64,000 nucleotides of DNA from an uncultured bacterium (GTDB lineage Bacteria; Chloroflexota; UBA5177; JANWHV01). The position numbers were made by a program, and so were the translations under genes. Under the pieces are notes generated by a model. That model worked only from the letters and a program-made list of their open reading frames with translations. It was not told where the DNA came from and searched no databases. How positions within the stretch are numbered: position 1 is the first letter of the stretch; every line of letters begins with the position of its first letter. The stretch is from NCBI GenBank assembly GCA_963729625.1, contig CAVSOU010000016.1:1-64000 (forward strand). Direction: 5' to 3'. This document shows, piece after piece, positions 55,633 through 64,000 of this stretch.

Positions 55633-56935
55633 CTACCGTGTCAGCGTACCGGGCACCGACCGGCACGTACCATCGTGTGTCTCGCGTGTGGAGGGTGCCA
55701 CCCAGGTGGACAGGCTTGTATCCAGCGGCAGCACACGACGGGCACGCACGGCCAGGGCGCCGGTTCGCCACTCGACGTTGCCCTCCACCAGCACAAGCGC
55801 TTCGCCCTTGATCACGCGCCGATCGCGCGCGTAGACATCCGGCATCACCACGATGTTGACGAGGCCTGTCTCGTCGGAGAGCGACTCGAAGACCACGCCG
55901 CCGGCAGTGGGTGGGCGCTGGGTGCCGATCTGCTGGCCGGCGATGCGCACCGGCGTGCCCGGCGGCAGCCTGGCGAGGTCGGTGGAGCGCGGGCAGCCCT
56001 GGGCGTTCAGGCGCTCGCGGAAGTGTGAGATGACGTGTTGCCCGGGACTGAGGCCGAGTGCCTGGCGATCGAGTAGCAGGTCTTCAATGGGTGTGGTCGG
56101 CGCCAGGGCAACAGGTGGGTCGACCACCTCCACGGCACGCGGCAGCCAACCCTCGCGCCGGGCTCGGGCCACCACCTTGGCCTGCCACATGGCCTGGCGG
56201 CGATTTGGGACGAGGGCGCGCAGGGCACCGGAGCGGGCCAGGGCCACGGCATCGCCGGCATCGAGGTCTGCTGCTGTACACAGATCTTCGAAGATGGCAG
56301 GTGGTGAGTCCCGGCGCATGGCGGCGACGATGCGGCCGCAGGCCGCCTCGCTCATGTCGCGGATCTGGCGCAGGCCCAGCCGTACGGCGCCGTCGGGCTC
56401 GATGGTGCAGAGGACCTGACTGGCGAAGATGTCTACGGGCCGTACCGTGACGCCATGCCGGACGGCGTCCTGCACCACCAGCTCATTGGGATAGAAGCCC
56501 ATGGGTTGGGCGTCGAGCAGGGCCGCGCAGAAGATGTCCGGATGGTGCACCTTGAGCCAGCAGGAGACATAGCTCAGGTAGCCGAAGGCGTAGGCATGTC
56601 CACGCACGAAGCCGTATCCGGAGAAGGCGGTCATGTTGGTGAGGATGTCCTCGCAGGCCTGGTTGCCGATGCCCCGCTTGCGCAGCTGCTCGCGTAGCCG
56701 CGCGGTGAGCGTGGCCATGCGGTTTTTGCTGCGATTGCTGCTCATGGCCCGCCGTAGCTCGGCGGCCTCGGCCGGCGTCAATCCGCAGGCTCGACCCAGC
56801 TCGATCACCTGGTCCTGGAACAGCATCACGCCCAGCGTGTCGGCCAGCACCGGCTCCAGCAGATCCCTGCCGGCTTTGCCGCCGGGATAGGTGATCGGCT
56901 CCATACCGCGGCGACGGCGCAGGTAGGAGAGCACT
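55633..56935 (-). pseudogene. dnaE2: Error-prone DNA polymerase III alpha (DnaE2/ImuC), C-terminal part only
   Basis: TLGVMLFQDQ, ALLDAQPMGFY, VRLGLRQI, QRPPTAGGVVF.SLSDETG OB fold. Confidence 0.88.
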
Positions 56936-57403
56936 AAAAAGTCGGTGGCGCTGTCCTGGCGCGAGGGAAATGCTGGAAGACCGACTGGGTCTCCTTGTGC
57001 TCTCGGTAATCGACCGCAGTGCTGATTGGCGACCATGGCTCGCGAGACAGCCTGCCCACTGTCACGGCCACTACTTCAGACGGCCAGCAAAGTGGTCCAG
57101 CGAGGGTCGCTGGAAGTCAGGTACGCCGAAGGCCGAGTTGATCTATGATGCGCCACGGGTCACGAACTTGCGCCGCGGCGCCAGCCTGGCCCCCACCCAT
57201 CCACCAAAGACATTTGTCGAGCGCACGCAGAGGTGATCGGGGCTCGAGCGGGCCAACCCAGGCGGCGTCCGGGGCACTGAGACGCGCGACCGCGTATACC
57301 TGCCGAACCACGCTTCGGTATGCTTGCGGGTGGTCCCATGACGACAACGATGTTAACTTACAGTATGAGGGCATGCGCGGTTCTGTCAAGCGCCGACACA
57401 GTG

Positions 57404-59065
57404 GTAACTGGTCAGACTGCTGGCAAAGGAATTCAGGCGCAGCTCAGGTCTGGCTGAGGAGACAGACGAGCAGGGCCAGACACGCCATGAAGGGGTTGAG
57501 TCCCGGCGCCTGCCACGTGGCGAACAGGCTGGTCAGGCGCGTGCGGGTGGCAGACCCTTCGGGGCTGCGGGTGCCGCCGCTGATCTTGCGCGCCACAGCC
57601 AGCGGCCGGATGCGGCGCTCGGCGAGGTTGTTGTCGGCGGCGAGGCCCGGGACGAGCACGAACTGGAAGAGTTCGGCCTCATGGCGCAACAGCAGCTTGG
57701 CGGTGGCCTGGCAGGGATGGCCCTTGACCTGGGCGTAGCGCAACCCCAGCCGGTGGCTCACTGCCACCAGCCGGTCATAGGCGTGTTGCCGCTGCGCCGC
57801 CGTGGGCGGGTCCGTCGCGTGCACGAACGCCACCGCCCGGTCGTAGAGGCGGCGTACGGCGCGCGCCCAGGCGCGGACCGCCGCATCCTGGGGGTGCCGC
57901 TCCTTGAGGTCGTGCAGGAGGCGGAGCAGGTGCACCCAGCAGCGTTGGTGCTTGCCGGGATAGACGTTGTAGGCGGCGTAGAAGTCGGTGACGAGGTGGC
58001 CAGTGAAGCTGCCGCGCAGCCGCTCAAACACCGCGCCGGCGCGGCTGGCATCGCGCTCGACATAGCACACCGGCGCTGGCCCTGGGGTGGTCAGCAGCCA
58101 GAGGTAGCCGTGCTGGCCGTCCTCGCGCCAGCCGGTCTCGTCCGCGTGCAGGATGGGGCTGGCTTGCGCCTGGGCCTGGAGGTCGGCGACCGCAGGCGCC
58201 GCCACCTGGGCGATGCGCCGCAGGAGGTCCACGATGGCGCCGCGGCTCAGGTGCAGCCCGTGCAGCGTCTGCAGGTAGAGCTGGATCTGCCCGATCGGCA
58301 GCCGCAGGGCCGTGCGCAGCGTCGCTACCAGGCTGGCCACGCCCAGGCCGAGGCGGCCCTGCCCCACGGCCAGGTCCGCCGGCAGCGGCGGCACGCACCA
58401 GCGCTGGCAGACCGGACACCAGCGCCGGACGAAGGTGTGCTGCGTCACCACCACCGGCGCGGGCGGCGGCAGGTCCACCACCTGCCGCTCCCACCAGACG
58501 CTGCCGCCGCGCAGCCGGGAATCACAGTCCGGACAACGCTCGTAGGTATGCGTGGCAAACGCCGTCGGCGGGTCGAGCGGTCGGCCGTGATTCTGCTCGG
58601 GAGCGCGGACCCGACGCGGCGTGGCCGGCTCCTCTCGGCGCTGGCGGGCCGCCTTGCCCAGCTTGCGCCGCCGCTGCGCGTCCTGCTCGAGTTCGGCCAA
58701 GCGGGCAGCGGTGGCCACCACCTGCCCTTCCAGCGCGACTACCCGCTCCTCACGCGCTCGCGCCTGTGCCTCCAGTTCCCCTACGCGGCCATCGCGGGCG
58801 CGGACCTGCGCTTCCAGGTCCTGCACGCGCTCGCGCAACGCCGCATTCTCGGACTGCAGTGCCGCGATGGCGGAGGCATCAGTTGCTGCGTGCTGTTCGT
58901 CCATGGGCGGGCTGACCAACGCGGAACCACGGGGGAACGACTCGTACCGCCCTCGGCGACTGCGGTGGCAGCTGGCCAGGCGTGTTCCCTACGCTAGCAG
59001 GCCCGCGCGTAATGCGCAAGCTCCGCCCGTCTGCTCAACCCGGACGCGGAAGTCTGAACTCTTAC
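57404..59065 (-). mobile_element. IS66-family element (single transposase)
   Basis: TIRs GTAACTGGTCAGACT / GTAAGAGTTCAGACT (12/15); no matching TSD. Confidence 0.8.
57444..58919 (-). CDS. IS66-family transposase
   Basis: Coiled coil, CPDC, QVVDLP, HADETGWR, VTDFYAAY, QRCWVHLLR, DNNLAERRIR. Confidence 0.93.
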   Translation of the reverse strand: MVSPPMDEQHAATDASAIAALQSENAALRERVQDLEAQVRARDGRVGELEAQARAREERVVALEGQVVATAARLAELEQDAQRRRKLGKAARQRREEPATPRRVRAPEQNHGRPLDPPTAFATHTYERCPDCDSRLRGGSVWWERQVVDLPPPAPVVVTQHTFVRRWCPVCQRWCVPPLPADLAVGQGRLGLGVASLVATLRTALRLPIGQIQLYLQTLHGLHLSRGAIVDLLRRIAQVAAPAVADLQAQAQASPILHADETGWREDGQHGYLWLLTTPGPAPVCYVERDASRAGAVFERLRGSFTGHLVTDFYAAYNVYPGKHQRCWVHLLRLLHDLKERHPQDAAVRAWARAVRRLYDRAVAFVHATDPPTAAQRQHAYDRLVAVSHRLGLRYAQVKGHPCQATAKLLLRHEAELFQFVLVPGLAADNNLAERRIRPLAVARKISGGTRSPEGSATRTRLTSLFATWQAPGLNPFMACLALLVCLLSQT

Positions 59066-59524
59066 CGGCTCGAGAGCGTGAAGCATTACCTCTGGCACGG
59101 AAATGTGGCCGAGGCACTCGAGCGCCTGGCATGGCTGGAGGATGATCTCGAGTGCTGGGGCTGCGATGAAGACGGACACAAGCACCGCCAACCGGACAGT
59201 CCGAAAGCGGCACAGATGCTGAAGTATGTACAAGAGTTGGCCACCTACATCAGCAACAATGCCGGGTCAATCGTGAATTACGGCGAACGGTATCGGTGTG
59301 GCGAACGCATCAGCACCGGATTTGTCGAATCGACGATCAACCAGGTGGTGAGCAAGCGCATGGTGAAGAAACAGCAGATGCAATGGACGCCCGAGGGGGC
59401 GCACTTGCTGCTGCAAGTCCGGACGCAAGTACTCAACGACGACTGGGAGACGACGTTTCGGACCTGGTATCCCGGCTTTCGACCGTCGTCAACGCCGACT
59501 GTGCCTGCCGTGAGGGCGGCCTAG
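59066..59524 (+). pseudogene. ISKra4-family transposase C-terminal fragment
   Basis: KHYLWHGNV, VNYGERYRCGERISTGFVESTINQVVSKRMVKKQQMQW. Confidence 0.9.
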
Positions 59525-59547
59525 ATGCCACCGGGTTTGCCGCCTGT

Positions 59548-59940
59548 CGGCCCGGCGACACGCTGGTGGTGTGGAAGCTCGACCGCCTCGGACGCTCCTT
59601 GCCGCACTTGGTGCAGACTGTACATGACCTGGATGACCGTGGAATTGGCTTTCAGAGCCTGCGGGAGAACATCGACACCACCAGCTCGGGTGGTCGCTTG
59701 GTGTTCCACCTGTTCGCGGCGCTGGCGGAGTTCGAGCGGGACCTAATCCGTGAGCGTACCAACGCAGGCTTGTCGGCAGCACGGGCACGCGGCCGAAAAG
59801 GCGGGCGGCCCAAAGGGGTGAACCAGGTCAAGCAGAATGCCGCGCTGGCGCTCCAAAAGGACCCCAGCCACAGTATCCGGGAGAGTTGCCAGATCGTAGG
59901 TATCTCGCGCAACACCTACTATAAACATGTGAAACATGTG
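59548..59940 (+). pseudogene. Small serine resolvase/invertase lacking catalytic N-terminus
   Basis: GDTLVVWKLDRLGRS, IDTTSSGG, AEFERDLIRERT, GRKGGRP, GISRNTYY. Confidence 0.88.
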
Positions 59941-60295
59941 GCTCGGGTGCGGGGGGGAGTCACCTGCAGCACAACCGAAGGTATCGAGGCGAAGGTCGCT
60001 CCCGGCGCGGTAGTGGGCCGGCACGCGTCATGGCCCATGCTATACGCGCGAGTTATAAAAGCTCTCCTTCCACGGCAAGCAACAGCGCTTCACCCTCAGC
60101 GACGAGGGCTCGTACATCGACGTCGCGTTCTATCACCGCGGAATGCGCCGCAACGTCCTAGTGGACTTGAAGGCCTTTGTGCCAGGCGATGTCGTCCATC
60201 ACTTCGGCTGTTGAGAACCGGCACGATTCCGAGTACTATCAGTCTCAGCTATTCACGTGCATAATGACGCTTCCAGGCTTGGAGGGTGATGCCAT

Positions 60296-61801
60296 ATGTT
60301 CCACTACGTCACTCGTTCGCTGTCCCTGGCACTGCTCGCGCTGATAGTGAGCATTACTCCGGTCGTTGCGGCCGGCCGGACGCTCTACCGCCAGCAGCAA
60401 CTGAGTAGTTCCGAAGCCGTGCCCACTGGCCTGAAGATCACCCTCCCAACACACGACCTCAATACAAGTTCGATACGAACTACCAGCACAGGCTTCACGC
60501 TCAACCTAACGAATAATCTCGCAGTTTTCTACAGCATTAGCCCATCGCCCTCGGCGGTCTCATCACACGAAGTGCTCTGGAGCCGTGGGCTGCTTGGGCC
60601 CAAGCAGAAAGTGGCGATATCGGTCGCACTGACCACGAGTGGGCAGGGGGTGCTACTTGAACTTAATCCGACCACCTCGCGCGCGGTGACACTCGACGAG
60701 TTGGTTATGGCCATCGATCTGGTCGAGGTCTATCTGGGAATGGATGTCGATCCCGTCGCAGTACTCGATGCCGCGCCTGACCTAATTAGCGTTGGTACGG
60801 AGCTTCTGGGGGCGAGTGACTATAGCGCACCGCTTGGAGCCCTGCAGAAGATCCTAAGTGCCGATAGTATGCAAGCTCGTGCGCAAGCGGTCATGGGACT
60901 GAGCACTTCCATGGCGACAGTACTGGCAAAGCCCGCACTTCTGAAGCAACTCGCACCACTTTTGGCGGCGGGCCTAAGCGGTGCCAGCGGCAAAACGGTC
61001 ACACCAGCGTCAGTAAAAGCCGCCATGACCGGACTCAGCCCAGTGCTCAACGGCCTATCTCGGCTAATCATCGGAGGCCGTATCGGCGCGATGTTTGTCG
61101 ATTTCGGCAAGCTCATCGCCGAAAGGGTATCCTCGCCCGACAATAATGCCTTCGCACCGTTGATTCCCTTTAGGCTCACGGTCGGTACGACGATACAACC
61201 GACAAAGAAGTGGAACCTTGCTCACGATTTTCGCACGTACCCCAATCAAAAGAATCCAAACCCAGACAGCTACGGGGATTCTCACGTTTGGTACTTCATG
61301 GAAAGCGGCTCATTATCTCACGATCCGACATCCTACACACTACTACCTAGCTTCACCAAGAATGAATTCTTTGTTGATGGTCTACAGGCCTGGCATGGTC
61401 CAGTAGCTTCTGGCAATAACAACTTTCTGCCCCTAGTTGGCCTTAACACCACGGGCTTCCTGCAGCACGCAGAGACCATTACTTGGCCGGCGGGTGATAT
61501 CAACGTTCACCCATTACCGGACCGCATGGTTGCTGTTGGATGGCGAAGCCCGATAAGCGGCGAGGTGGCGGCAGGTGGAAGCGTGAATGATCTGGATGCA
61601 ACCTGCGGCGATGGTGTGAAATGGTATATCGACAGAGGTTCGTCGACAGTCATACAAGGAGTGCTTCCGAATGGGGGGCACCAGAGTTTCGCTGCAAAGA
61701 CTAAAGTAGGTACAGGAGAATTTCTCTACTTTATTGTTAGTCCGAATGCCAACTACTGGTGCGACTCGACAGGGCTGAACATCAATATTGTCGGCCGATA
61801 G
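60296..61801 (+). CDS. Secreted hypothetical protein with C-terminal beta-sandwich-like domain
   Basis: Signal peptide; C-terminal VHP...AVGWRSP...CGDGV.W...LYFIVSPNANYWCDST; visibly lower GC. Confidence 0.7.
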   Translation: MFHYVTRSLSLALLALIVSITPVVAAGRTLYRQQQLSSSEAVPTGLKITLPTHDLNTSSIRTTSTGFTLNLTNNLAVFYSISPSPSAVSSHEVLWSRGLLGPKQKVAISVALTTSGQGVLLELNPTTSRAVTLDELVMAIDLVEVYLGMDVDPVAVLDAAPDLISVGTELLGASDYSAPLGALQKILSADSMQARAQAVMGLSTSMATVLAKPALLKQLAPLLAAGLSGASGKTVTPASVKAAMTGLSPVLNGLSRLIIGGRIGAMFVDFGKLIAERVSSPDNNAFAPLIPFRLTVGTTIQPTKKWNLAHDFRTYPNQKNPNPDSYGDSHVWYFMESGSLSHDPTSYTLLPSFTKNEFFVDGLQAWHGPVASGNNNFLPLVGLNTTGFLQHAETITWPAGDINVHPLPDRMVAVGWRSPISGEVAAGGSVNDLDATCGDGVKWYIDRGSSTVIQGVLPNGGHQSFAAKTKVGTGEFLYFIVSPNANYWCDSTGLNINIVGR

Positions 61802-62237
61802 GAGCGTGTTCAGAAGAGTACATCCCCCTGCCGCGCGTAGGAACCCGTATAGAGGAATATGGCGGTTGATGCGTGTTCGCGCGGCAACGAAGCACGATTG
61901 CTCATGCCGCCGTACTGACATACCGGCGACCTGATCTTTCATTGTGGGCGGGTTCCCGAGCAGTGTGTGCTGAACTCGAGAAAGTCGGGGATCGCACCAG
62001 TGCCAGACCCAACATTAGCTTGGTTGGTGTTCTGCCGGCATCGTTACTGACCAAGGTATGCTTAGCAGAATTCCATCCGGAACATGATCCGGCTATGACA
62101 AGCCGCAGACCAGCCTGGTGACCCCCAGGTCTTTAGCGCTCTCGAAGTATCGGAGTCGTCGCGTGTTGCCTCCACGTTGTCCACCATCGTGTGCAGGCAA
62201 GCTGCCGTCACACCACCGACTTATCAGTGCTCTCCGG

Positions 62238-62900
62238 GATGGTGGCACCATCCTAGTCAGCAGCAGCGGTGGGGCGAGCTGGCAGTCCGTCGCGTCCGGC
62301 ACAGGCCTCATCCTCTGGGGCATCGACTGCCCCAGCGAGGCACGCTGCCTGGCGGTGGGGGATAGCGGCACCATCCTGATCAGCAGCGACGGTGGGGCGA
62401 GCTGGCAGCCCGTCGCGTCCGGCACAGGCCTCGTCCTCTGGGGCATCACCTGTGCCACTCCAGAGCGCTGCTTGGCGGTGGGGAAATTAGGTACTACGCT
62501 GGCGAGCAGCGACGGGGGAACGAGCTGGGAGAGCGTCTCCTCTTCCGTTGGTAACGGCAGCAGTGGCATCCGCTGTCCCAGCGCAGAACGCTGCTTGACG
62601 GTAGGGTTCGAGGGCACGGTCATGGCGAGCAGCGACGGCGGGGCGAGTTGGCAGAGTGTGAGCAACCCGGCCTTCGGCCCCGGCAACCACCTCAATGGCA
62701 TCGCCTGTGCCAGCGAGGCACGCTGCCTGGCGGTCGGGGATGGCGGCACCATCCTGATCAGCAGCGACGGTGGGGCGAGCTGGCAGTCCGTCGCGTCCGG
62801 CACCAGCAACGACCTCTTGGGCATCGCCTGTCCTAGCCCAGAGCGCTGCCTGGCGGTGGGGTATGGCGGCATCATCCTGGCCGGTTCGGCAGGTCAATAG
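62238..62900 (+). pseudogene. Cys-containing BNR/YCF48-like propeller repeat protein, 5' truncated
   Basis: About five ~41-aa (123-bp) repeats GTILxSSDGGASWQSV...GIxCPSxxRCLAVG; another degenerate unit at ~62925-63102. Confidence 0.75.
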
Positions 62901-63216
62901 TGCCGCGTTGTCGCCCGAGGTTGGCATGACCGGCCTCTGCGGGGCACGATCCTGGGCAGCACGGATGGCGTGGTGTGGAACGCTGTGCCGTCGTCCGGAA
63001 CCACGAGCGATCTCTCTCTATGGCATCACCTGCCAAAGCGCGTCGGCCTGCCTGGCGGTGGGTGCGGACGGCACCGTGCTCTCTGGCTCAGCCGGGCCGT
63101 AGATGTCGGATAGTGCGGATCTGGTGCGCGGCACCGCTACGCCTCCAGCGGCATCTCGTACTGCAGACTCCTCCCGACTGACGAACGAGAGCTAGCCGCC
63201 TCTCACAGGCCCACGT

Positions 63217-63657
63217 TTGCCAAAACTGCGAGCCACGTATGTAGCCCAAGTGTTGGCGAGGTTTGTCACCGTCATCCTGGGTGAATACACCGCCGTGCGA
63301 GGCATTGCATATGCGCTGCATACCGTGCTGGACACGATAGCCGCCGCGGTGATCGTGGCGCCTGACGACGGGACGGTTCGAGCACCGGCGGCCGCCGCAG
63401 TGTGCGCCCGCTTCCTGGTGCCGGCGATGGTGCAGGTCTGTGCGACGCATGAGCAGCAGGACCAGGCGCTGCAGGAGGCTGCGGAGCGCGGCGACGACGT
63501 ACTGCTGTTCAAGGATCGCGACTGCGACCTTCGTCGCGTCGTGGCTCGGCTCAAGAACCAGGGCCTGCGGGTGCACGTGCGCTCCTCGCACGGTCTGCCG
63601 CTCCCGGCCAGTCGCTTCGGTCCCGCGCGTGTGCCGCGATCACGGCCGGCCGCCTGA
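63217..63657 (+). CDS. Hypothetical protein (weak NYN-domain C-terminal resemblance)
   Basis: DDVLLFKDRDCDLRRVVARLKNQGLRVHV. Confidence 0.3.
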   Translation: MPKLRATYVAQVLARFVTVILGEYTAVRGIAYALHTVLDTIAAAVIVAPDDGTVRAPAAAAVCARFLVPAMVQVCATHEQQDQALQEAAERGDDVLLFKDRDCDLRRVVARLKNQGLRVHVRSSHGLPLPASRFGPARVPRSRPAA

Positions 63658-63792
63658 TACGATCAGCTACGTCAAGCAGCGTCCGCTAGAAGCAGACGGT
63701 TTGTGCAACTCTAGCCACGAGGGGTGGAGGACACGAGAGGCCGCGTGACGGCGGCTCGCTGGCCACGCACGGCACGAGCAAGGGAGGCAACC

Positions 63793-63999
63793 GTGAGACG
63801 CGCGACACGTGGCAGTGACACTCGATCGGACGCCGAGGTTAGGTGGTGTTCGATTCCCAACGTCGGGCCGGCCACCGCAGGCGATTTGATTCGGCTGGGC
63901 GTGACACGGCTTGAGGACATGGCCGGCCGCGATCCGGATGAGGTGTACGCGGCGCTGTGTGCGCTTGACGGCGTGCGGCATGACCCATGCGTGCGGGAT
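63793..63999 (+). CDS. Cdd1/mitomycin-resistance-like helix-hairpin-helix protein (runs off window)
   Basis: Manual translation after RBS AGGGAGG: SIPNVGPATAGDLIRLGV...AGRDPDEVYAALCALDGVRHDPCVRD. Confidence 0.8.
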   Translation, partial: MRRATRGSDTRSDAEVRWCSIPNVGPATAGDLIRLGVTRLEDMAGRDPDEVYAALCALDGVRHDPCVRD

Positions 64000-64000
64000 G

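Noticed and set aside
62120-62143. CCCCAGGTCTTTAGCGCTCTC as an ISKra4 right end
   Set aside because: Resemblance only; no convincing adjacent transposase sequence or partner end
62238-62900. CRISPR array
   Set aside because: The repeats are in-frame protein repeats with no unique spacers, and no cas genes are present

Overview
GC-rich bacterial DNA, probably Chloroflexota-like (inferred from GroEL, the CIRCE variant and gene content). It is a heavily fragmented accessory region. Intact islands (groES-groEL, two sugar ABC/hydrolase operons, two aldo-keto reductases, four to five toxin-antitoxin pairs) sit among more than 20 gene fragments and nested IS remnants (IS701, ISL3, IS21, IS1380, IS110, IS66, ISKra4, ISNCY). 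The main finding is a 3.4-kb large-serine-recombinase (LSR) element at 47671-51088. It is integrated into the conserved QTKGKIE motif of an IS21 istA, with a duplicated CCCCTT core. Joining its ends in silico restores istA exactly and builds a symmetric 46-bp attP. It also fuses an RBS+ATG overlapping the LSR stop codon in frame to the start-less DUF5372-like ORF at the other end, so this fourth operon gene would be complete only in the excised circle. Also found: an 833-bp transposase-less cassette (29-bp TIRs, 8-bp TSD) carrying a HEXXH peptidase inserted in the HSLR motif of a tyrosine recombinase; a 196-bp MITE with a 6-bp TSD; an intact IS110 with a candidate bridge-RNA region; a group II intron 3' remnant; a dif/lox-like site; a candidate novel wHTH/PemK-like TA pair; and a lacZ with one in-frame amber stop. 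All family assignments are from motif recognition by eye; no database search was run.
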